Origin: Candidatus Latescibacterota bacterium
Lineage (GTDB): Bacteria > Latescibacterota > UBA2968 > UBA8231
Length of the DNA stretch: 64,000 bases
Direction: 5' to 3'
NCBI GenBank assembly: GCA_965206595.1
Contig: OZ242214.1
Location: 64,001-128,000 of the forward strand
The position numbers were made by a program, and so were the translations under genes. The notes under the pieces are model-generated. The model searched no databases and was not told where the DNA came from. It worked only from the letters and a program-made list of their open reading frames with translations. This document shows, in pieces, positions 53,130 through 62,565 of this stretch (positions are counted from its first letter, which is position 1; every line of letters starts with the position of its first letter).

Positions 53130-55850
53130 TCAGCTCGCAGTCCTGAAGACGTCTTCGTCCAGCTGCTCCACCACCTGCCTGAGACCATCCTCGCCGAACA
53201 ACTCGACTCCCCTGCCGGCGGCGTCGAGAATCGACAGCGGCGGCTCGAACAGGTCGTTCAGGCTTACTCGGCCCGTGGCGATGCCCCGATTCTTCAGCAG
53301 GCAGAGGTACTCCGCCTGCTGCGGGGTGAGGGCCCGCACTACGAGCCAGGCTCGGAAGGCCTCTTCGAGCTTCTCCTCTCGGCTCTTGATGCGCAGCCGC
53401 CCGAGCGCGGCGCGGATGAAATCGACGAAGTTGCCGCCTGGCTCGCGGTAGGCGCGGCGCAGGTTCTCCTGGTTGAAGTAGTGCTCGGGCTGGTTGAGGC
53501 GGCGGGCAAGCTCCTCCTCTTCGTCCGGCTCGAGATGCTCTTCGTCGCGCACTTTCTGAAGCAGCGGATCGTCGGCCGCCCGGGATCGGATCGTCTCCAT
53601 CCAGCGGGTTAGGTATTCCTCCTTGTCGACTCGTTCTCCCTCGGGGCCGACCTCGACGTAGGTGACTGCTTCCAGCCACTCGTCCTCCAGCCCGAGCTCG
53701 ACGAGATCCCGCGTCTCCGGCCCTGTCCTGGGGCCGCTCGGGGCATGTCCACCCGACGTTCCGGTGAACACGTCGGTATCGCTGTCGTTGAAGTACTGGT
53801 GATTCCTGAAGAAGTCGTAGATGACAAATTTCCGCTTGCGGATATGCGGCGCGGTGCGCGTGCCCCGGCCTCGCATCTGCTGGTAGAGAATGGGGCTTCG
53901 CACCCTCCGGCAGAGCACGAGGTGGAGGATCTCGCGGCAGTCGAAGCCGGTGTCGAGCATGCCGACGCTCACCGCGACCATGGGGAAGGTCTCGGTCTTG
54001 AACCGGCGAATCAGGGTGTCCGGATCGGCCACGTCGGAGGTGATGACCTCGGCATAGCGGCCCTTGTGTTCGGGGTGCAGCTCGTTCAGGTACTGCGCCA
54101 GTCTCGCCGCGTGGTGCTTGGTGATGGCGAAGACGATCCCCTTGCCCGGGCCCGGGTCCTGGCCGGGAGCCAGTTCCGAATAGGTCTCCCAGGCAAGCCG
54201 GTCGAACTCCTCCATCATAAGGCGGTTGGTCTCTTCGTTGGTCCAGGCGCGTTCGAACTCGACTGGGTCATAGTGTTCGTCGTCGAGTTCGGCCCCCTGG
54301 GCCAGGATCTCGGTGATGCCTCTGGCGAAGCGGTAGGGCACGAGGTATTCCTCGTTGAAGGCGTCCTTTATTGAATAGGAGACGTCCGGTTTGCCCGGCT
54401 CGCACTGGTAGAAGTCGTAGGTGTTGCGCTCGATGAAGCTTGCCGGCGTGGCCGTGAGTCCGATATGGAGGGCGTCGAATCGCGTGAGCGCTCCCTGCCA
54501 GGCGCCATAGATGGAGCGGTGGCATTCGTCGGCGATGACGATGTCGAAGTAGCCGGCGGTGTACTCGTCGACGCGGCCAATCATGGTCTGAAGCAGGGTA
54601 ACGGTGATCTGCTGCTCCTGGCGCGCCATGCCGGGCCGCAGCCAGTAGCTCGAATACGCACCCAGAATGTCCTGGATGGCTTCAAGAGCCTGCTTGGCGA
54701 GCTGGTCGCGGTCCGCCAGGAAGAGGATTCGCTCGGCCCAGCCGGCTTGCAGGAGTCGCTTCAGGTAGAGGCAGATGAGGTCGGTCTTGCCGGTACCGGT
54801 CGGCAGCTCGATCAGGAAGCGCCGCCTGCCGAGCTCCAGCGCGTGGTCGAGCGCCTGCATCGCCTCGGCCTGGTAGGGCCGCACCGTGCGCGTTTCCCCC
54901 TGGCGGATGTAGTGCTCCGGGATTTCGACCGTGGCGAGCGGCCTGCGCGTCTCCCGCGTCTCCACCATGCGCTCGAGATCACGCTGAGAGAAGAAGCCGG
55001 CGATGGGGCGGGCGTCGTCGTTCTGGTAGTCCCAGAAGTAGGTCAGCTCCCCGTTGGTGAGGAAGATGAAGGGTGCTTCGAGCGCCTTGGCGTAGGGCAG
55101 GGCCTGTTGCTTGGCGACATAGGGATTGATGGCGTTCCTCTTTGCCTCGATGACGGCCAGCGGGCGGCCGCGCTGGTCGTAGAGGACGTAGTCGGCGCGG
55201 CCGGTTGAAGCGTCATCCGCGGCTTCGAGCAGGCAGACGAACTCGCCGACGACGCGGAGGTCCCCTTCTGCGCCTGGGTCGAAGACGAGGTCCTCGTAAG
55301 CCGGATCCGGATTGAGCGGCTGCAGCCGGATTTCGCGATGGCTCCAGCTGTCCCCATCCGGTTCGGCTGCTTTCGTGCTGCTGTATTTCTTGACGGAGAA
55401 CTCGCCTCCGAGCGCCGGATCGGTGCAGCCGCGGTGCCAGACGAGGACGAGCTTTCCCTCCCTGGTCCCGCCGCGGTCCGTCCGAAACAGGCAGTAGGAA
55501 CCGTCGGGGATGGCCGGCTCCATAGAGTGCCCTTCGATGCGGGCAACGAAGTGGTCGCGGGTGAGCCGGACGCGGCCCGGCACCGCCATCCAGCCGATTT
55601 CGTCATGCTCGGTTCCGACGGTCTGGTCCGGGCTGAATTTTCCTGCCGCGGCAATCAGACCGTAGACCGGCGCGTGCGTTTCGAATGGCCTCGCTCCCAC
55701 GCGGTCGACGATTCGGGCGCGACTGGGGGCGGAAGCCGCCTGGACCTCGGTACCGACCATCGACTGGTCGTCCGCGTCCCAGCCGGACTGCGCCAGCAGT
55801 TCGTCGATAACTATGCGGGCGTCCGCCTCGTTTTCGCGCCGGTTCATCAT
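53130..55850 (-). CDS. hsdR: Type I restriction subunit with an inserted S24 peptidase domain
   Basis: NEADAR..ID..L, ADYVL, IEAK nuclease motifs; PTGTGKT, DECH, GLTATP, QMRGRGTR helicase motifs; GAGG RBS before ATG 55850. Confidence 0.9.
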   Translation of the reverse strand: MMNRRENEADARIVIDELLAQSGWDADDQSMVGTEVQAASAPSRARIVDRVGARPFETHAPVYGLIAAAGKFSPDQTVGTEHDEIGWMAVPGRVRLTRDHFVARIEGHSMEPAIPDGSYCLFRTDRGGTREGKLVLVWHRGCTDPALGGEFSVKKYSSTKAAEPDGDSWSHREIRLQPLNPDPAYEDLVFDPGAEGDLRVVGEFVCLLEAADDASTGRADYVLYDQRGRPLAVIEAKRNAINPYVAKQQALPYAKALEAPFIFLTNGELTYFWDYQNDDARPIAGFFSQRDLERMVETRETRRPLATVEIPEHYIRQGETRTVRPYQAEAMQALDHALELGRRRFLIELPTGTGKTDLICLYLKRLLQAGWAERILFLADRDQLAKQALEAIQDILGAYSSYWLRPGMARQEQQITVTLLQTMIGRVDEYTAGYFDIVIADECHRSIYGAWQGALTRFDALHIGLTATPASFIERNTYDFYQCEPGKPDVSYSIKDAFNEEYLVPYRFARGITEILAQGAELDDEHYDPVEFERAWTNEETNRLMMEEFDRLAWETYSELAPGQDPGPGKGIVFAITKHHAARLAQYLNELHPEHKGRYAEVITSDVADPDTLIRRFKTETFPMVAVSVGMLDTGFDCREILHLVLCRRVRSPILYQQMRGRGTRTAPHIRKRKFVIYDFFRNHQYFNDSDTDVFTGTSGGHAPSGPRTGPETRDLVELGLEDEWLEAVTYVEVGPEGERVDKEEYLTRWMETIRSRAADDPLLQKVRDEEHLEPDEEEELARRLNQPEHYFNQENLRRAYREPGGNFVDFIRAALGRLRIKSREEKLEEAFRAWLVVRALTPQQAEYLCLLKNRGIATGRVSLNDLFEPPLSILDAAGRGVELFGEDGLRQVVEQLDEDVFRTAS

Positions 55851-55878
55851 TTCCTCGTCCATGGAAAATTAGATGAAC

Positions 55879-55893
55879 GCAAAGCGCGTGCCA
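55879..55893 (-). promoter_or_regulatory. sigma54 promoter of the hsdR-hsdM-MNT-HEPN-hsdS operon
   Basis: Minus strand TGGCACGCGCTTTGC, full match to TGGCAC-N5-TTGC, immediately after the regulator stop and ~30 nt before hsdR. Confidence 0.88.
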
Positions 55894-57402
55894 TCATTCG
55901 CCCACCCCGTAGCGTTTCATCCAGTTGGTGAGGGTCTGGTAGCTGGGCAGGCCGACGAGGTCGGCCGCCCTGGTCTTGTTGCCCTGCCCCTCGTCCAGGG
56001 CCCTCTCCAGGTAGTGGCGGGCCACGGATGCCAGAATCCCGGGCAGGTCGAGACCGTCGCCGAGGGGCTTGCCAAGCACCGATGCCTTTCCGGTTTCGCC
56101 CGCGGGCAGGAGGGAGTCGCGAATGTCCTCCGTCCTCAGCGTGGCTTCCGGGGTCCAGATCGCCGCGCGTCCCAGGGTGTTCTGCAGCTCGCGGACATTC
56201 CCGGGCCACGGGTGCGCGAGAAGGAGGTTTCTCGCTCCGGAAGAAAGTTCCTTCTCCACGAATCCCGGCTGCCCCCGCCCCTCCCGGTTCACGAGGGCGA
56301 GAATGTGATCGATCAGGAGCGGGAGATCGTCGCGCCGGTCCCGTAACGGGGGCAGTGGCAGCACCGCCACCGCCAGGCGATGGAAGAGGTCCTCGCGAAA
56401 GGCGCCGGCCGCCACTTCGGACAGGAGAGAGCGGTTGGTGGCCGCGATCATTCGCACGTCCACCTTGCGGCTACGAGAAGTCCCGACCGGAAGCACCTCC
56501 CCCTCCTGGAGCGCGCGCAGCAGCTTCACCTGCGCGGGCTTGGGAAGCTCTCCCACCTCGTCGAGGAACAGGGAGCCCCCGGATGCCTCCACGAAATGGC
56601 CTTTGCGGTCCTTTGTAGCCCCCGTAAATGCTCCCTTTACGTGACCGAAGAGCTCGGATTCGACGATCTCCGGAGGAATGGCGCCGCAGTTGACGGCCAC
56701 GAAAGGCTTGTCGCGCCGCGGACTGGTGCGATGGATGGCGCGGGCGAGAAGCTCCTTGCCGGTACCTGTCTCCCCTTCGATCAGCACCGGGACGGAGCGC
56801 GGGGCGACGCGGCGCGCCCGCAGGATCACGCGCTGCATGGCCTGGCTCCGGTGCAGGATCTCCTCGAATTCCGGCGCCTCCGGGGAGAGACCGGCGCTGA
56901 GGCGCTCGAGCTCCTCGTCCGGGCGGCGCAGCAGATCCGGAAGGAAGTCTGCTGAAATATCGAAGGGGACGGACACCGTGCTGACGCCGTGCTGCTTCGA
57001 GGACTCGATCAGCTCCGCGGGAAAGCGCGTCTTCGCGAGGATGATCCATACCGCGGCCATGGCCGGCGTGCCCGGGCTCAGGTGAAAGGTGAGGGCCGTG
57101 TCCCTGGGGCCGCCGGCCAAGGCCGTCTCGCAGGCGCGGACCGCGGCGACGTAGATCTCGCCGAATTGGGTGGGACCGGTGAGCTCCTCGTGGAGCAGGT
57201 GAAGGGTGGTGCCTTCGCAGCGCTGCTCGAGCCACTGCCGGTAGGGGCGAACGGCGCCGGCCTCGTGGTCGAAGAGCAGGTAGGCGTCATCGAACTCGCG
57301 GGCCATCAGCGCCTGGGCAACCGGCCCGGTTCCGACTGTCGGCTCCTCTTCGGGAGCGTCCAGGTCCGTGTTGCCTATCCAGGTGATGAGAGTCTTTAAC
57401 AC
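55894..57402 (-). CDS. sigma54 enhancer-binding protein with an RtcR/CARF-like N-terminal domain
   Basis: N-terminal TWIGNTD ... [10 protein letters not shown]; [36 protein letters not shown]; C-terminal HTH; no receiver domain. Confidence 0.88.
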   Translation of the reverse strand: MLKTLITWIGNTDLDAPEEEPTVGTGPVAQALMAREFDDAYLLFDHEAGAVRPYRQWLEQRCEGTTLHLLHEELTGPTQFGEIYVAAVRACETALAGGPRDTALTFHLSPGTPAMAAVWIILAKTRFPAELIESSKQHGVSTVSVPFDISADFLPDLLRRPDEELERLSAGLSPEAPEFEEILHRSQAMQRVILRARRVAPRSVPVLIEGETGTGKELLARAIHRTSPRRDKPFVAVNCGAIPPEIVESELFGHVKGAFTGATKDRKGHFVEASGGSLFLDEVGELPKPAQVKLLRALQEGEVLPVGTSRSRKVDVRMIAATNRSLLSEVAAGAFREDLFHRLAVAVLPLPPLRDRRDDLPLLIDHILALVNREGRGQPGFVEKELSSGARNLLLAHPWPGNVRELQNTLGRAAIWTPEATLRTEDIRDSLLPAGETGKASVLGKPLGDGLDLPGILASVARHYLERALDEGQGNKTRAADLVGLPSYQTLTNWMKRYGVGE

Positions 57403-57414
57403 GACTCCTGATTA

Positions 57415-57646
57415 TACAAGAAATATTGTAAATACACAAATAATTTTATGTAAAGACGAGGGCCCGTTTTCAGGATCTGAACATCTCTTGCCCCGAAAAT
57501 CTCTCCAAGATGAATTGCACATAACCATTTAATTAACAAGCACTTGTCTGATATTTCCATGAAAAATTGAGGCAAGGGGGAGACTGGAAAAATCTACGCT
57601 ACCCAATCTCCACATCAGGGGAGTTTCCTGCAGGCACGAAATGCGC
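57415..57646. promoter_or_regulatory. Divergent AT-rich control region: palindrome, IHF-like site, candidate rightward sigma54 promoter
   Basis: TACAA-N6-TTGTA at 57415-57430; TAACAAGCACTTG at ~57533-57545; AGGCACGAAATGCGC (GG-N10-GC) at 57632-57646 on +. Confidence 0.5.
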
Positions 57647-57994
57647 TGGGGATTTGGAAATCCGGGTCCCCTGGCAAGGGCGTAATCGATCCCCCGAAAA
57701 AAAACTATAACGGATGTCCGCGCTCAGGACCCTGCCCGGCACTAGTTACCAAACTGGTACTAGTTTAACCAACAAGGACTGACATTATGACTACGGGTAC
57801 ACACGCCATAACTACGGATACACACGCCGTCCCCAGTGAGAAGATTGCAACGCTACAAGAGGCTCGATCTGCCATCGAGAACCTCCGCAATGAGGACTAC
57901 ACCAAGCTCATGCTCATCGCCCGCTACTTTGCGGTAACCAGACTGAATGGCACCGTTGTCGAGCCGGACGATCTCTTGCACGAAGCAATTTTAA

Positions 57995-59854
57995 CCCTTG
58001 TTATTCATGGAATTTTAGTGGAGAGGGCTGTACTGGGTGCCTCCCATGCTTAGATTTCAGAGGGAAACACAAGGCAGTATCGCCCTTTGAACCCATCACA
58101 CAGTAGGACACCCAATGGGTGAATTACCGTCACACACCGAGTCCGAGCAAGCCGGGCCGATTCAGCCGTCTTTCAACCGCTCCATCCACATCGAAGCCCG
58201 CCCCACCCACCTTGGCAGCGACACCGGTGCGCTGATGTTGCGTCAACTGCTCGAACACAGCCGGGTTCTGGATTGGGTCGACGCCCACTTCGAGGATCTC
58301 CGTACCCAAGACCAGATCACGCACCCGCTGCCGGAGCTGCTGCGCACACAGATCGTGCTGCTGGCACAGGGCTGGACCCACGCCGCCGACGCCGACGCGT
58401 TGCGCCAAGATCCGATCCTGCGTCTGGCGGTCAGCGATCGCAAAGGGCAGGCGCCGTTGCGCAGCGGCGACGAAGACCGGCCGCAGGGACTGGCCAGTCA
58501 GCCGACGCTGTCGCGCCTGCTCGAGCAAGCCTCGACTGCCTATAACCGCGAGGTGTTGGAGGAAGCCGTCCTGCGCAGCGCCCGGTCTCGTTGCCGGCTG
58601 CTGGAAGGACGGATGAAATACGAGGAGTTGGCCGTCGACATGGATGCCCTGCCGATGCCGGCGCACGGGCACCAGGCGGGGGTCGAATACAACGGCTACT
58701 TCCACGCCTCGGGGTACCATCCCCTGCTCCTCGGCTCGGCGCAGACGGGCGATTTCTTCGGTGCCGTGCTGCGGCCGGGCAACGTGCACGCCCATGAGGG
58801 CGCCTCAGAGGCTCTCGGCAAGCGCTTGGACTGGATTCAGTCGCATCTGGCCCGGCGCCTCATCCTGCGCTTCGACGCGGCCTCGGTGAGCGGGTCTTTC
58901 CTGAGTGAGCTGGAAGCGCGGGCCGACACCTCGTACGTGGCGCGCATCAAGAAGAATGCGCGCCTGGAGGAGCTGGCTCGTGCCTGGGTGGAAGGCTATC
59001 AGCAGGAGCTGGCGCAGCACCCGGAAGAGCTGCGGGAAGAGGGTTTTCGCTGTCGCGAGCTGCGCTATCAAGCCAGGTCCTGGGCGCAGCCCCGGCGGGT
59101 GGTGTTGGTCCTGGTCCCTTCCGAGACGGAAGAGCTGCCCATCGCCCGCCACTTCTTCCTGATCACCGACCAGAGTCCCCAGACGATGAGCGGCCGCGAC
59201 CTGGTCGCCTTTTATCGTCAGCGCGGCCTTTTCGAGCGCATGCTCGGCGAGTTGAGCTCCACCCTCCAGCCTCAGCTCTCCTCTACCACCCGTCGCAAGC
59301 AACACTACCGGGGTCGAGAGCCGCGTCAGCGCACCCCGTCCCGGGATGCCTTCGCTGCCAACCAGGCGCTTCTGACCTTGAACCTGCTGGCCTACAACCT
59401 GCTTCACCTGGGCCGCCAGGCCGCCGAACGCGCCGAGGCCCGACGCGGGCGGCCCCGCACATACGGACGCTCGACGACGGCCCTGAGCCTGGACAGTTTT
59501 CGACGGCGCTACCTGCGCCTGCCGTCCCGCGTCACCTTGCATGGGCGCAGGGTGGGCGTCATCCTGACCCAAGGGACGGCGGCTGCCTGGGATCGTCTGT
59601 GGAGATTTCTGGCCACGCTCAAACCGGTGGACGCGGCGATGGCGTAAGCGCAGGCCGGGTCGGTCGGGATGATGGGCTCGCAAAGGCAAGCGTCTTCGAG
59701 AAGGCGCGTACAATTTCAACAAGGTCGGTAGAGATAAGGAGACGGCTCTACCCAAAAAGCCGACTATAGAAGGGACGCAAGCCTCTGAGGCTAAGCAAAG
59801 GGGTCTCGGAAGCGCCTATGTCCGCTTATGCGCGGGTTGAATGAATAACAAAGG
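57995..59854 (+). mobile_element. IS1380-family element, copy 2, with 5-bp target duplication TTTAA
   Basis: TTTAA at 57990-57994 and 59855-59859; same IRs as copy 1. Confidence 0.95.
58115..59647 (+). CDS. IS1380 transposase
   Basis: Translation identical to 31719..33251. Confidence 0.92.
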   Translation: MGELPSHTESEQAGPIQPSFNRSIHIEARPTHLGSDTGALMLRQLLEHSRVLDWVDAHFEDLRTQDQITHPLPELLRTQIVLLAQGWTHAADADALRQDPILRLAVSDRKGQAPLRSGDEDRPQGLASQPTLSRLLEQASTAYNREVLEEAVLRSARSRCRLLEGRMKYEELAVDMDALPMPAHGHQAGVEYNGYFHASGYHPLLLGSAQTGDFFGAVLRPGNVHAHEGASEALGKRLDWIQSHLARRLILRFDAASVSGSFLSELEARADTSYVARIKKNARLEELARAWVEGYQQELAQHPEELREEGFRCRELRYQARSWAQPRRVVLVLVPSETEELPIARHFFLITDQSPQTMSGRDLVAFYRQRGLFERMLGELSSTLQPQLSSTTRRKQHYRGREPRQRTPSRDAFAANQALLTLNLLAYNLLHLGRQAAERAEARRGRPRTYGRSTTALSLDSFRRRYLRLPSRVTLHGRRVGVILTQGTAAAWDRLWRFLATLKPVDAAMA

Positions 59855-60234
59855 TTTAAAGACCCTCGATGGCCGCCGGCGTTGGAACCAGCAAGTTAGC
59901 ATCGTCAAACACCTTGACCGGGTCATGGAAAGTGACTCTGGCCATGAGGCCGAAAAACAGGCTGCTCGGGGCTTCAGTCAGCTACCCGAGGAAAACCTCG
60001 AGTCTGTCGACCAACAACCAAGTCCCGAAGCGCACCTTCTGGTCCACGACGAGCTTGAAAACTTGCTTGACCTTTTCGCCGGAGACGAGATCGCTCTCGA
60101 TCTCCTCCATCTGAAGGGCGACGACCTTTCCGCGTCCGAGATTCAACGCGCGCTCGGCATAGAAAAGAGGGAGTATGATACCGTGAGCAAGCGGATTCGT
60201 CGCCGCCTCGCCAAGCACTTAGCCAAGGAAGCAA

Positions 60235-60780
60235 ATGACCGGAGATCCCCACGGAAAGGACCTGACCAAGATGAACCGAGCACTGCGTGACATCCTCTTG
60301 GAGGCGTCTGAAGACGAACTCCGAGAAGCGTTCGCCGATACAGGCGAGGACCTCGACTCCCTTGCAGCCCGTGGAAAGGAAGCCGCCCAACGCGCCCTCT
60401 CCGAGACACGCGACGGCGCTGGGGTCGAAGACTTGCACCGGGGTCTGAGTGCGCTCCTTCAGATGCTGCGTCGACGTGAACAACTCTCCATTGACGTTCT
60501 CGCACAGAACGCCCACGTGGATGCATCTGAACTGCGCTGCATCGAACACGACCCGGCGTTTGACCCCAACCCCCGCACAATTTTCCAGCTTGAGCAGTAT
60601 TTCAAGCTCCCGGAGAGAAGCCTTGTCGTTCTCACTGGCGCGGTTCAGGTCGACGATGACGTTCGAGAGGAGGCGGTGCGCTTCGCTGCGAGTTCTGAAC
60701 ATATCTCAGATCTCACGAGAGCTCAGCGCAAGCAACTCAACCTATTCGTGAAGTTCCTGAGAAAACACACCGACCGATGA
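60235..60780 (+). CDS. XRE-family HTH protein with an N-terminal helical extension
   Basis: LQMLRRREQLSIDVLAQNAHVDASELRCIE...P.PRTI. Confidence 0.78.
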   Translation: MTGDPHGKDLTKMNRALRDILLEASEDELREAFADTGEDLDSLAARGKEAAQRALSETRDGAGVEDLHRGLSALLQMLRRREQLSIDVLAQNAHVDASELRCIEHDPAFDPNPRTIFQLEQYFKLPERSLVVLTGAVQVDDDVREEAVRFAASSEHISDLTRAQRKQLNLFVKFLRKHTDR

Positions 60781-61754
60781 AAAATCATCCAATAGACCCG
60801 TTCGCGGCGGAAGATATTAAGGATCAGGTGGATAAGGTGCTACGTGGTCTGGATAACCCCGAACCACCGCTAGACCTAGGCGATGTGCGTGAACTTCTCA
60901 AACTTGACCTCCAGTTCTACAGCACTAGGAATACTGGAGCACTCCGCGAGTTCGTGAGCAGGGTTAAGGTAGGGGGAAAGCAGATCGCGATGAGGCCAAC
61001 CCTCATCCTCGACGTGGTCAGCCAAGCAGGTTTGAAGGCCCTTTGGATTCCTGATAGGAGCCGCATCCTTATCAACGAAGAGCTTCATAAACTAAAAAGG
61101 CGGCACGCGGTAGGCCACGAAATTACGCACAGTATCATGCCCCACCATCGTCTGTTCTTGTTTGGCGACGACCGTGAGACGTTGCGTACTTCGTGTCACG
61201 AGAAGCTCGAGTCAGAGGCCAACTTTGGCTCTGGGCAGCTCCTTTTTCTTAGGGAGCGATTTGTTGAAGAAGCGAACGACTTACCGCCAACCCTCAACAC
61301 GGTTCAAAAACTAGCCAAGAGGTTCGGCAACACTATAACCATGACTTTGTGGCGACTCGTTGAGGAAGCTCACGCAGGCAAACCTGTCTTTGGTGTGATC
61401 TCCCCACACCCGAAGCGTCTTTGCGACGACTTCGACCCGACGACGCCATGTCGTTACTTCATCGAGTCTCCGGCATTCCGCGAGCGTTTCGGTATTGTCA
61501 CTGAAGTAGCTGCCTTCGAAGCCATACAGGAGTACGTATCATGGGCGCGCCGAGGCCCGCTGGGGGAGAGCTACGGTGATTTCGTTGGCTGTGATGGAGA
61601 ATCGCATCGTTTCCACATGGAGACGTTTTTCAACGGTTACGAGGCGCTTACGATCGGTACTCACCGTGGTCTCGTGCCCGCGCAGGTGGCTGTTCCGGCA
61701 GACTATCCTCATCCAATGTCCGCGGAGCCATCACACACCGGCATAGGTAAGTAG
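60777..61754 (+). CDS. ImmA/IrrE family zinc metallopeptidase
   Basis: RILIN, RH.VGHEITH (HExxH), ESEANFG; ATGA overlap with the HTH gene. Confidence 0.85.
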   Translation: MKNHPIDPFAAEDIKDQVDKVLRGLDNPEPPLDLGDVRELLKLDLQFYSTRNTGALREFVSRVKVGGKQIAMRPTLILDVVSQAGLKALWIPDRSRILINEELHKLKRRHAVGHEITHSIMPHHRLFLFGDDRETLRTSCHEKLESEANFGSGQLLFLRERFVEEANDLPPTLNTVQKLAKRFGNTITMTLWRLVEEAHAGKPVFGVISPHPKRLCDDFDPTTPCRYFIESPAFRERFGIVTEVAAFEAIQEYVSWARRGPLGESYGDFVGCDGESHRFHMETFFNGYEALTIGTHRGLVPAQVAVPADYPHPMSAEPSHTGIGK

Positions 61755-61829
61755 TAGCACCAGTGGCCCACCTTCTGAACGAGGGGGCCACCTTCACAAT
61801 CCCCGTTAGACCAAAGAGGAGATCAATCG

Positions 61830-62162
61830 ATGGGAACCAATGTTTCCGGAACTACCGAGCGCGAAGAACTCGACATCGAGGCTTTCGCCAAAGAACAACC
61901 CGATCTCGAGAAACCACCCGCTGGCGTCTACATCATCCGCATCGACCGAGAGCGGAAGCGTGTGCATGAGCCGGAGCTTCCCGGGATCAAGATTCTTGCG
62001 CTGGTGGGCAAGACGCCAGACACCCACAAGCTCTTCCAGAAGTTCCATGGCGGCGAAACCAAGGAAGTCAAGGAGGAAGAGGTTGTGAGCTTCCTCAAGG
62101 AGGGCATCGAACGATTTCAGACCATCCCGAAGGACACCACTGAAGGGATTTTTGGTGGTTGA
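61830..62162 (+). CDS. Bacterial ubiquitin-like (multi-ubiquitin domain) protein
   Basis: YIIRID...ILALVGK...VSF...GIERFQTIPKDTTEG plus IFGG tail; GAGGAG RBS. Confidence 0.82.
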   Translation: MGTNVSGTTEREELDIEAFAKEQPDLEKPPAGVYIIRIDRERKRVHEPELPGIKILALVGKTPDTHKLFQKFHGGETKEVKEEEVVSFLKEGIERFQTIPKDTTEGIFGG

Positions 62163-62565
62163 CGACCGGCGTCAGTTCCAGTTACCCGATTTCGATCTTG
62201 AGTTTCTCGACCGCCGCGGCCGGCCGTGGGAGGCGGTGGTCGAGAACGGCATGCATTGGGTAGTTCTCCACGACCATCCGGTTTCCAAGGGCTACAACCA
62301 CACGAGCGTGAGCGCCGCACTTCAGTTGCCGCAGAGTTATCCTGACACTCAAATCGACATGGTGTACTTCTACCCGCATCTGGCACCGACCAACGGAAAG
62401 CTCCCCCGCCGACTTTCGTCCCATAAATTCGACGGAAAGATCTGGCAACGGTGGTCACGGCACCGCACAAATGCCAACGTGTGGCGCCGCGGTTACGACT
62501 GTATCGAGACACACCTCTTGCTTGTCAACGAGTGGCTTGAACGCGAACTCAGATGTGCCGCTTGA
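62152..62565 (+). CDS. Prokaryotic E2/UBC-like protein
   Basis: LP..D.EFL, WE.V, GYN, YPDTQIDMVYFYP.L, WQRWSRH, THL. Confidence 0.85.
   Translation: MVVDDRRQFQLPDFDLEFLDRRGRPWEAVVENGMHWVVLHDHPVSKGYNHTSVSAALQLPQSYPDTQIDMVYFYPHLAPTNGKLPRRLSSHKFDGKIWQRWSRHRTNANVWRRGYDCIETHLLLVNEWLERELRCAA

Larger units (their letters stand above)
57787..60290 (+). pseudogene. ECF/sigma70-like factor split by IS1380 (57787-57994 + 59860-60290)
   Basis: Removing the IS and one TTTAA restores one frame: EPDDLLHEAILKTLDGRRRW...LSASEIQRALGI...KRIRRRL (region 2- and region 4-like); AAGGA RBS. Confidence 0.8.

Noticed and set aside
57790-57831. 21-bp imperfect tandem at the sigma gene start (TTGTHAI/TTDTHAV)
   Set aside because: In-frame two-unit duplication with no evident function.
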